Below, piece after piece: positions 13,434 to 23,584 of a stretch of DNA of 64,000 nucleotides. The position numbers were made by a program, and so were the translations under genes. This DNA is from Trichodelitschia bisporula. Lineage: Eukaryota. The DNA is taken from contig ML996702.1 in the NCBI GenBank assembly GCA_010356995.1, positions 372,001 through 436,000 of the forward strand, read 5' to 3'. Below the pieces are notes generated by a model, which did not search any database, was not told the origin of the DNA, and saw only the letters and a program-made list of their open reading frames with translations. Positions within the stretch are counted from its first letter, which is position 1; the number at the start of each line of letters is the position of its first letter.

Positions 13434-15536
13434 ATGTTCTCAAGCAAAAGTTATTTCAGGACTCTTCCCTGTCCGGCCGGCCCTAGAGACTGTTGCCTTA
13501 TCAATTGCATCTTCACCCACGACAAGAAGAAGCGCAGCGCTTCACCTCTAGCAAAAGAGAGCAAAGCCTCAAACGAGGGCGACGAAGTCCGAGTTGTAAA
13601 GCGGAGGAAGATCGAGGCCGCCTATATCGAACTGTCGGATACGGATGACCTTCCCGCTCCAACACGGAAGCCGTTCGTGGGCGGATTGACGTCAGAGAGC
13701 AGCCAAAGCTGCCCTTTACCATTTACTGGATCTCCATCCATGTCGGAACCACAGAATGCCGGCATTGCTGCCACTCCCCACGACAGAGTTGTGGTTAAAA
13801 GGCAGCCTCGCGCAGCGTCACTCGCCTCCTTGACGAGACCCGTTTCCCCTCCGCAGCCGCCTTCGAAGAGTGGGAAGAAGCAAGCTCTCACTACCAACTC
13901 AGAACGTTCGCCCGCCAATACTGCCGCACGACGGGAGCAGTTGGCTCCACGGATTATTTCCAAAGGCTCGCCTGCCCCTTACGCGACGCGTCTCGCCCTA
14001 CTCAAAAAACTTCACGAAGACATGGCTACCCTCAACCGTAGTGTTGTGAAGGAGTTTCGATCCGATCCCAGGCTTAGATCGCTTTGTCTGACTGTCGACC
14101 AACTTGTAAAAACGGCGGTTGACATTGAGGAAGAAATCGCTCGTGGCCAGCCTATGGTTTATCCAAACATTATGAGACAGCGCATTAGGACCTACCAGAA
14201 GATGTCTCTGGATGACTGGAAAAAGGAACGAACGGAGAGCACCAGCAAGTCGACTCCGGCAGATGCGCCCAAACGCTCTGAAGCACCAGTCAAGACTGGC
14301 CTCTCGCTTGAAGAAGAGCTCTCTATGCTTGAAAGATTTATTGCGGTGCAGGAGGGTTTAAGCCAACATGGATATGTTACCACCCCACCTACGCGCAGTG
14401 AAATCGAGGAAGCAAAATACGGGGTTGCGACATCAGCAAACTGGGAGCACTGTGACCGCTGCGGCACACGCTTCCAAGTCTTCCCGGACCGTCGTGAGGA
14501 CGGTGCCCTTACAAGTGGTGGGTCCTGCACATACCACTGGGGAAGAGTCTTTACACCGAGGCGGGAAAAGACCGACGCTATCACTGGCGTAAAGGAACCA
14601 CTGTACTCGTGTTGCAGCAATCCTAAAGGAACCCCCGGCTGCATGTCAGCGCCGACGCATGTCTTCAAGATATCGGAACCGAAGCGTCTCGCTGCCGTTT
14701 TGCCTTTTGTCAAAACGCCTCCGAACGAATCGGGGAAACAGGTCAGGGCAGTCAGCTTCGATTGCGAGATGGGCTATACATGCTATGGCCTTGAACTCAT
14801 CCGTCTTTCTGCGACTTCCTGGCCGGGGGGGGAGGCCCTCATCGATGTCCTCGTCCGTCCGATAGGTCACATACTTGATCTCAACACGCGCTTTTCCGGT
14901 GTCTCGAACGACCATTTCCTCAACGCCATCACTTACGACCCTGCAACTGGAGAGCCCCCCATATCGTGTACTACACCTGAAGGTTCAGGGAACCAAAAAC
15001 TCTACATGGTGTCCTCGCCCATCGCAGCTCGCGCCTTACTCCTCTCGATAATATCACCCGCCACACCCCTCATTGGTCATGCCATTGAAAATGATCTCAA
15101 CACCATCAGACTGGTTCACCCTTCTATAGTGGATACAGCAATACTTTTCAAACATCCGCGGGGCTTTCCGTTCCGATTCGGCCTCAAGAAGCTGGTCAAA
15201 GAGCATTTGAAACTTGACATTCAAATGGCAGGTTCTGCTGGACACGACAGTCTGGAGGATGCGCGGTCTACGGGCTACTTGGTCCTTTGGAAGATTGCGG
15301 AAGAGTGGAAGATTCTCAGCCTCAGGGGTTGGAAATCGAAGAACGGTGCTTTCTACCCGCCTGGGAAGTCTGAGCCGGGAAGACTTCCGTTGTATGAAGG
15401 CTTCTTAGGGAGTACGGCTGCACAGGGGCTAGCGACGGAAAAGAATAACGCAGTGGAGGAGCTTACATTCAGCGACAGCAAACAGAACCCTGTAGACGGT
15501 CTAACAACTGCGGTATCCGACCTTCCTTGTGCGTAG
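13434..15536 (+). CDS. REX3: RNA exonuclease 3 (DEDDh, Rex3-like)
   Basis: ATG at 13434 (MFSSKSYF). ExoI FDCEMGYT, ExoII GHAIENDL, ExoIII GHDSLEDA. Cys/His-rich CDRC...CTYHWG...CC...GC region typical of Rex3/REXO1. Confidence 0.9.
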   Translation: MFSSKSYFRTLPCPAGPRDCCLINCIFTHDKKKRSASPLAKESKASNEGDEVRVVKRRKIEAAYIELSDTDDLPAPTRKPFVGGLTSESSQSCPLPFTGSPSMSEPQNAGIAATPHDRVVVKRQPRAASLASLTRPVSPPQPPSKSGKKQALTTNSERSPANTAARREQLAPRIISKGSPAPYATRLALLKKLHEDMATLNRSVVKEFRSDPRLRSLCLTVDQLVKTAVDIEEEIARGQPMVYPNIMRQRIRTYQKMSLDDWKKERTESTSKSTPADAPKRSEAPVKTGLSLEEELSMLERFIAVQEGLSQHGYVTTPPTRSEIEEAKYGVATSANWEHCDRCGTRFQVFPDRREDGALTSGGSCTYHWGRVFTPRREKTDAITGVKEPLYSCCSNPKGTPGCMSAPTHVFKISEPKRLAAVLPFVKTPPNESGKQVRAVSFDCEMGYTCYGLELIRLSATSWPGGEALIDVLVRPIGHILDLNTRFSGVSNDHFLNAITYDPATGEPPISCTTPEGSGNQKLYMVSSPIAARALLLSIISPATPLIGHAIENDLNTIRLVHPSIVDTAILFKHPRGFPFRFGLKKLVKEHLKLDIQMAGSAGHDSLEDARSTGYLVLWKIAEEWKILSLRGWKSKNGAFYPPGKSEPGRLPLYEGFLGSTAAQGLATEKNNAVEELTFSDSKQNPVDGLTTAVSDLPCA

Positions 15537-15884
15537 TTGTCTCGCGGCGCTTTTGGTCTCGATGGCAACTTAGGTTTGGCGTCGGTACCGTAGCACTAGA
15601 GGACAGCCGAATGGAAAACCGACCTCATTGATACTTTGCCTTGTCTGATGCCCTCGTGCACATGTTTAAGTTCATATTCGGTGTTCTATTTCCGTCACAA
15701 CATTCTAACCACGTGACGATATTGCTCATGATCCGGCTGATCAAGTTCTCGGGTGCCAAGCCGCGGTTTGCCGCTTTGGCCACAAGGTGACCGACAGGCA
15801 GGCAAAGTCATTGCAAGCTCAGCACGGCAGCCTCGACAATAAGGACTCGCCGTCCACGCACGCGGATTCCTCTCCATAGAGATC

Positions 15885-17030
15885 ATGTTCTCGATCTCGC
15901 TTGGGCGCGCGGTACGCACCGTCTGCTCAGCGCCATCGCCGTGTTCAGCTGTGACTCGCAGCCCCGCAGTTACCTTCATCACACTTGCGAAACCGCCCCA
16001 GGGACATCAGCGGCAGCGCCGCAACTCCAGCTCAAAGGCTTCGTCGGCTCCCCCGGATGGTTCGAAGCGCTCTACGCCGTCCCAGCAGGCGACAAGCGGC
16101 TCCGGCCGGTTAGGGAGACGGAAGACGAAGGAGGCGGTGGTTCCTCTCGACTCCATGAACCTTCCCTTCTCTAAACAGTACCCCAATTTGCCGAGTGTGC
16201 CGTCTACGCAGCATGTTCACCCCTCAGGTATGCGCTAGTTTCGATATGGTGGGCGTTGCTAACATGCACAAGATATTAACGTCTCGTCCTTCTTCTCCCT
16301 CCACCGCCCTATCTCTGTCACTCTCCCTGTCCCTGTCACTTCTTCGGAACAGGCATTCAGCAGCATCTTTGAGTCACGCCAACCGAGCCGTAAAAAGTTC
16401 GACGACGTGATATACACGCTCAGCTCCGTGGTTGAGGACCTAGAGCCTATAGTCGAGGGCGAGGAACACGGTGTACAATGGCAGGTTCTTCACGGCACTA
16501 CCGATGGCGAGGTGAAGCACCTGGACGGGCCGCCGCGTAATCTCTCGGTCGACAAGATACTTTCTCAGTTTCGTCCTTTTAGGCCGCCGCCTGTCCCTCA
16601 ACCGTTCAACGAGTCTGAATCCACGACTTCTGTGCGCAAGCAGAAGAAGGCTCGGGCAAAAACCTCTCGGTCGAAGCGCAAGAGCTGGAGCACGACCATC
16701 ATCGTGACCGAGTACACAACCCCCGATGGCCAGAAAACGTATGCCGCCGCCAGCACGCCAATTGTGCGGGTTCCGGTCCCTGGCGCATCCCCGATGATCG
16801 ACCCCGAGGTGACTCCACGGCCGTCCATCCGGCAGCCGTTCCTGAAGAGGATGCAGATCCGGCAGCAAAGGTTGGAGGATTACCGGCATGTGCGGTATGA
16901 GCGGAGTCAGCAGCCTGTGATGCGGCTCATCAGCGTCAAGCGGCAAAGAAAGATGAAGATGAAGAAGCACAAGTACAAGAAGCTGATGAAGCGGACGCGG
17001 AACTTGAGGAGACGCTTGGGGAAGTTGTAA
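15885..17030 (+). CDS. COX24: Mitochondrial COX24/mS38 (DUF1713) domain protein, 2 exons
   Basis: Arg/Ser-rich presequence-like N-terminus with HQRQRRNSSSK. Intron gtatgc...gctaac...aag (~16229-16272) joins to DINVSSFFSLHRPISV. C-terminal ISVKRQRKMKMKKHKYKKLMKRTRNLRRRL signature. Confidence 0.85.
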
Positions 17031-18301
17031 TTGTCGGTACAGAAGGACGCGTTCTCCGCTATCGTTCCTTTCATCGGTTCTTCTTCGCTACCTCTCTTCG
17101 GTTTGCGCTGCAGTATCTGGATTACTGGGGCACTGTGCGTATGCATAAGATATTCTCGATAGACCGCATCAACTCGTAAGCCGAGTTTCCAGAAGCCGAA
17201 AGTGCATCACTGTATATGAGTGACTATCCCCTTGAGCGACTATCACCTTGTTATGATGACATCCATTAAAAGGGCGTTTACCCTCTGCGTATCATGGACA
17301 TCATTTCAAGTGAACCGAGTTCAGGAATGGAGGGTTGCCTTCGAGCGCCTCTCAGCACGTATGTGCGCCTTCAAGTACTTTTGATGATTAGTATTCACTT
17401 CTGACATGGTCATGACGCTCTCCAACGAAGGGGCTGTACGATATAAAAAGAAGCGCGAATTTTGGTGTGTGTTTTCATAGGGCTTGATACGGGCTTCTGG
17501 CCATCGGCGCTACAGCGTTATCCCATGGCATGCGTCTGAGCTTACCACGATTGGCAGGTGAGCTGCAAGGGGCTCTCGGAATGCTTGGATTGCTTGGACC
17601 TGACATATGATCTCTGCTTTTGCTGCTTTTGTGCTCCCATCCAATGTCAACAAAGCCGTATCCGTAAGTCGTAAATGCGTCAGCTTCGCCCACCTCTTTC
17701 AACAGCTTTTTCTAATCTACACCCGTATGCCCATCTAGTCACCTCTCGCCTCGCTAGCCGTATCGCCACGCGTTCTTACGAGCTTCGGTCTCGATGCCAG
17801 CCTTGCAACTTCCAGCCGAATCGACCGCCGCGCCCAACCCCTCAACGGGCGGGTGACTGAGACAGGAAGCTGCTCTGCCGACGCCCCGTCAATGAGGAGC
17901 AGCGCAACCCCAGCATGCAGCATCGCAATTCGCAGCCGCAACCCGGTGGCGTCGAATGTCAAGGTTGCGCTGAACGACGAGTCTGGCCTCTGCCTGCTGT
18001 CCACGAACCAATTTGCGAAGATGCATGCTTTATCCAATCATAACCAAGGATGTCGGTCGTCAAACTGCTCGTGTCGCGCTCCCTCGATCAACTCTGAAGT
18101 CTGTCTGCTGCGGTCTGACCATGTTTCTTTGGCTCCTCCCGGGAGGGCTGGCCGTGGCGGGCGTTTGTGGTTGTTCTTAATCCAGACCTCGTCCACCTTC
18201 TCTGCGCCGCTTGGGATTGAGCCGCGACATCACGAACTTATCATGCAACCATTTTTTTCCATCTAATTCTAACTCAGTTTATCGACACTAATTCTACCGC
18301 C

Positions 18302-19381
18302 ATGATTTTCTGGCGATCCTCTTTGATGCTTGGGCTTTTGCTCGGGGCTGTTGCGCAGGATGTGTCGTCTCTACCAGCTTGTGGTGTAAGTCAGGCTTCG
18401 TTTCATACACTAGAACTACCCTCTTCAGATGGAAAGCGCACAGCAAGCATCGAGAATCCAGATTATTGGAACTACGGATGTAGAGACAACATATTCATGC
18501 TCGGCTTTCCGTTCAGTCTTTCCAATTCTATATTCACTTTCCTCCAAGGCCTTCTCTCTACATCCGTAGAACTAGATATCACCTCACCCCTTTTGGCCCC
18601 CAAATTTCTCTAACATAACCCGCCAGCAATTTTGTGTAACCAACGTCGGCGCCCAAGCGGTCGCCAATGCAAACTGCAACGTCAACCACGCAAACTGCTA
18701 CTGCTCCCGCTACGACTTCGCCAACAAAGTTAAAACCTGTGCCTCCACACAGTGCACTTCAGCCACCGATATCGCCGCTGTCAACTCCTACGCCGACGGT
18801 TACTGCGCTGGTACCCACTGCCCACCCTGCTCCGCTCAGCCGGTAGACTAACTCATTATGTCTCAGATGCAGGCTCCGGTGGCGGCGGCGGTGGAGGTGG
18901 CGGCGGTGGGAGCACCTCGTCGACCTCGAAATCTTCCTCCCCCTCAACCTCCGCAGCCACCTCATCTTCTAAAGACCCGACCGCTGCGCCTGTCTCCTCA
19001 GTCTCCAGCCGTTCAAGCCCGACCCCGACACCCGTCCCCTCCGGCCAAAGCACCGGCGCCAAAGCCGGAATTGGTATTGGTGTTGCACTCGGCGTTCTCG
19101 CGGTTGCGGGCATACTCGGCGCGCTCTGGTGGCTACGCCGGCGTCGGCAGCCGGCGCCGCACTCTGAAATGCCGGCTGCCGAGCCGACAGTGTATCATGA
19201 GGTGGACGGATACCAACGCCCATCTGAGATGGAGGTCAAGCAGCCGTATCCGGTTCCACCGCTTGTGCACGAGCTACCCCACGAAGCTCCGGATACAAGT
19301 CCCACGGGGAGGGAGGCCGAGGGGTTACCGGCTCTGTTGCCAGTTAATGGGGTTCCTCCCAGAGAGAGTCCTGGGACGTGA
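18302..19381 (+). CDS. CFEM-domain single-pass membrane protein (signal peptide-CFEM-Gly/Ser/Thr stalk-TM-cytoplasmic tail), 3 exons
   Basis: Exon 1 signal peptide ending SLPACG|gtaagt (intron 18386-18626). Exon 2 gives the 8-Cys CFEM pattern (PAC.QFC...C NVNHAN CYC...CASTQC...YC). Exon 3 has poly-Gly, an S/T stalk, TM GIGIGVALGVLAVAGILGALWWL followed by RRRR, and HEV/HEL motifs. Confidence 0.85.
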
Positions 19382-19769
19382 AAATCGGGTGGGAATGATG
19401 GAATAGGGGCTGAATAGGCTGTGTGAATCCACAGTTTGTAAATATGATGCCAAACAGCTGTCTAATGGACTCTAATATACCCGTTTCTATGCAAAGATGA
19501 CCCGTTGCACGTTATGCCCAACATCGAGTGACGGCTAACTCGCCCAATGCACAGCTGGAGGGTATCCCAAGACGACCCGTGAGACACCTCATACTCCTGA
19601 ACTCCAAAGGTAAAGTGATGAACGTATACAATAACATGTGTCCACGTAGTGCTGGCAGTTATCGCCCCAAGCACCAACAATGCTGACCGCAGGTGAGCGC
19701 GCCGTCCTAGAACCTTGGTGAAGGCGTAAGATCCAGAATTGCAATTTCAAGAAAGCTTGTTTATGCAAC

Positions 19770-21164
19770 TCAATCATCCATGTCACTTTCGGCCACATCG
19801 TCTTCCTCAAGTTTCTTCCGCTGCTCTTCGCTCATCTCCTTGTACGTGGCCCAGCTCAGCAACATGAAAGCGGCAGTGATCAATAAACCGCCAGCAATGG
19901 CGGTGCCAGAAAGCGGCGAGTTCATAGGCGGCGGGAGGAGTTGATCCACGATTGCCACAATGAATATAGTCAGCAGAGCCGCAACAGACGAGAGAACCGG
20001 CGACGTGAGGCTGATGAGAATTAGGAAAGATCCTGAGAAGCCTAACATATGTCAGTACGAGATATTGCATGAAGAAAGGGACAGCTTACAAGCATTAGCT
20101 AAGACACTGATCGCGAGCATCCATGCCTGCTCCCCTGTTGGCAGCTCAAAAGTCTCCAGTCCGGTCCAGTGCAGAATTGGTAGTGGAATCCATAAAACGC
20201 AGAGGGTAAAGGCGCCGATCATGCTGCCAAAGGTGTTTGCGAATATCATCCCGCGTCCTGGGCTCGTGTCATCTGGTGGGCACGCTACTTTCTTGTACAA
20301 AACTTCGTAGAAGCCATACAGTACGCTCCCAACCCCGATGATGATGTTGCCCAGGAATCTCGCCCTGCCCCCATCATCCCTTCCACCTTGACTTTCCGCA
20401 CCTGGACCGTATGCCACGACCAATACGCCAGCAATAGCAACTCCAACGGCAACAACTTTGCTCATCCGGACTTTCTCGTGGAGCAACGGTATGCTGAAGG
20501 CATAGGCCCAGAAAGCAGAACAGTTGTATATGGCTGTCAGGTCGCTCGCCGTAGTCAAGTTCACAGCGACGTACCAGCTGCCGCCCGCAACAGTCAGCGC
20601 ACAGGTCACGAAAGCAGTGGTGCGGAACATATGTGGCCATGGGGATTCGGTAGCTTGACGGCCAGTCGGGTGAAGCGTCCGGAAGCGGACCATTTGAGCC
20701 GTCTGCCGCAGGTGCTCCATGTGGCGTTGCCAGAAGGTTTTAAACGGCAGATGGCGTTTTTGGATGCGAAGAAAGAGTAATTGCGTAGGCCATAGTACTA
20801 CCCATGACGAGTGGGTGAAGTATCTGCCGCGTTTAGGGTATGCCGTACGGAATAAGCAGAGGACTTACAGCATGCAGTATGGCTTCTCCCAGTGCAGTTG
20901 CGCCTGAATGTACACCGCCGTCTCCGTCTGGATACAAAAGCTGATCAGACTCAAGACGAGAAAGACGGAGGCATAGGCGTATCGTAGACGGGTGGATGTT
21001 GCCGCCGCGACTGCTGGATCCCGTTCGTGGAAAGTCGAGCGCCTGCTTAGCGACTGGCGGCGAGGAGGAGAGTCATAGGGCCGTGGCTGTCCATCTTTGG
21101 ACGAAAGCAAAGGCTGGTGCGAGTTTATGCGTCCATCCAGGGAGGGACGGAGATCGGAAGGCAT
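19770..21164 (-). CDS. EamA/DMT-superfamily multi-pass transporter, 3 exons (start may lie upstream at ACG 21314)
   Basis: Spliced YASVFLVLSLISFCIQTETA...KPYCML|YFTHSSW...AGGSWYVAVNLTTASDLTAIYNCSAFWAYAFSIPLL...GNIIIGVGSVLYGFYEVLYK...ANA|CFSGSFLILISLTSPVLSSVAALLTIF; about 10 hydrophobic helices; canonical gtaag donors. Confidence 0.85.
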
Positions 21165-22038
21165 CTCGTCTGAGGAATGTGGAGGTCTGCTCAAGGCCCC
21201 GATATTGCCTTCATCCGACACCTTGGCTTCGTCCTCCGGCACGGTTGTATACTCTTCGGCGCCTCCGTGATGAAAGCGGGACTCTGGAACTGGCCGTGAT
21301 GGCGGTGGATGCGTTGTGAAAGGAGTTGGGAGTCGAACAGTTCCAGGTGAGGAAAAAAGAGTCGGCGGACCAAGGTATCAGAGGACGCTGAACGGCTCCG
21401 AGTAATGGCAGATGATGCAAGCAGCGGGTTAAAATAACAGCAAGATGCGGGTCCTCGGGGCAAAAAGACAGGATTGAATGTCTGGGAAAGGAACAAGGCG
21501 TCATAGGTTGAGTGATGTACCGTACTGTATCCTACCGCAGAACGTTCGCTTTGCGCGTTCTGTCCGGCATGAGTTTTTTCGTTCTTCTTGGCGCTTGGCA
21601 ATTGGTCCAACGTGGAGTGGACGCATCCCGATGCCGGCTTCACGGCGGTTGACCATAACTGCTCATCACCACTTATCATCGCGGCTCATTTGACTTTCCC
21701 TATGGCTCAAATACTCTCGGATGATGCAAAACGTGTGCTGAGTTATTTAGTCTAACCACAGCTGAGCCTCCTTGCCTCCCATCCAGACATCTCCCTGCCT
21801 CTCTGTGAATAATGCCACGCAAGTTCGCATCATGGTGTAGTTAAGCAATCCCCAGTCCGCTATCCCCGCCAGCATCGACATATAGTCAAGGGTGTATACA
21901 ATGACACCATCCATCTCGCTACCCCTCTACCTACCCTTCTTACCCCGCTTCTTCATCCCCAGGGTAAGAGTGACAGTTTTACCGCCAAAACTTCACCTGT
22001 AAGTTTAGGACAACCGCCGGCCTGCGCCAATAGCCACG

Positions 22039-23170
22039 ATGCCTCTTGTAGTTCCCCGTCTGAGGGACCGCATCATACTAGGATTGATGACTATCGGGTA
22101 TGCCCAGCGCCCTGCTCCGCACCCTAGACTGACCGACCCAGTCCTGATAAAGCAGCCGGGGCCCGAATCACTTCCCTTGAGGAGTACAATCGAATCTTGG
22201 ATTATTTTCAAGAGCAAGGCTACAATGAGGTCGACACCGCGCGCTCCTACGTCAATGGTGCGCAGGAAGCCTTTACAGCCGCCGCGAACTGGAAGGACCG
22301 CGGTCTGACGCTTGCCACGAAGCACTATCCCTTTGCACCAGGACAGCATAGCCCGGACAAGCTCAAGGCTGCGCTCAACAAGTCGTTGGGAGAACTGAAA
22401 ACAGAAACCGTCGATATCTTCTACCTTCACGCGGCGGATCGTAGTGTTCCATTCAAAGAAACCCTTCAAGCGGTCAACGAGCTGCATAAAGAGGGGAAGT
22501 TCGTCAGGCTGGGGTTAAGCAACTTCACATCCTTTGAGGTTGCTGAGGTCGTGCTTATCTGCCAGCAAAATGGATGGGTGAGGCCGACCATCTACCAAGG
22601 TATTTCGTCTACCCCACATTGATCGTACAGGAAACCTAATTTAACCAAGGAATGTACAACGCCATTACTCGCAGTCTGGAGACAGAACTAATTCCTGCGT
22701 GCCACCGTTACGGGCTCGATGTGGTGGTGTACAACCCGCTCGCCGGGGGCCTCTTCTCCGGCAAGTTGAAGCTCAACGAAGTCCCGTCCGAAGGCCGCTT
22801 TAGCGATTCGGGCGGCAATGCTGGTCAACGCTACCGAGAACGCTACTTCAAGGATGCCACCTTCGACGCGCTGCGTATCATCGAACCTGTCGTGGCCAAG
22901 CATGGTTTGACGCTGATTGAAACGGCACTCCGGTGGTGTGTACATCACTCCGCACTGAAAATCAAGGACGGCAACGACGGGATCATCATAGGAATCAGCA
23001 GCTTTGATCAGCTCAAGAGCAACCTTGCAGATGCGGAGAAAGGCCCACTACCTGATGAAGTGGTGAAAGTGCTTGACGAGGCATGGTCCATCGCAAAGAC
23101 GGCGACTCCAAATTATTACCATTTGGATCTCAAGTACACCTACGATACGCAAAAGGCGCTGTTTGGTTGA
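22039..23170 (+). CDS. Aldo-keto reductase, aflatoxin B1 aldehyde reductase (AKR7)-like, 3 exons
   Basis: RIILGLMTIG|PDKAAGARIT (intron 22098-22141); catalytic tetrad in DTARSY, LATK, FYLHAADR; LGLSNF; YQG|MYNAITR; YNPLAGG. Confidence 0.92.
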
Positions 23171-23584
23171 CTACATGGTAGCGAAGCTGGTTCAGCATCA
23201 AAGCTATAGTGAGAGCCCAGTGTCCAATTGATAGGCATTCTGGCTCTGCCGAGCGTGCCATTCATTTCTGGATTTGCCTTACAAAGGTTTTTAATGTCTC
23301 GAATCAACTGTGAAATTGCTGTCGCGTTCATCAACAATGTTCTTTGCGAATTCGAAAAGCCCAACCAGCTTCGACCAGTTCTTCGTAGATCTGGCTACTG
23401 CCTTGAGAGTCCCTGAGTATCTCTCCGTTCTCCTGGTTTCCAGTTCAGAACACTACATTCTGTCAACATAACAGACGTCTGTCTCTTCTCCAGGCCAAGT
23501 GGCGTACCGCCTTCTCGGTGCACTTCCGCACGCGTGCACTGTCGAGAGTCAATGGTATTTTATTACATTATCCTGTTAGTACTC

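Noticed and set aside
17250..17405. ATGATGA/TGATGA...CTGA box C/D-like words
   Set aside because: No terminal stem or recognisable rRNA-complementary guide; these short words occur by chance.
21250..21800. TPP riboswitch upstream of the DMT transporter
   Set aside because: Conserved aptamer cores (CTGAGA, ACCTGAT-type junctions) were not found in a compatible arrangement.
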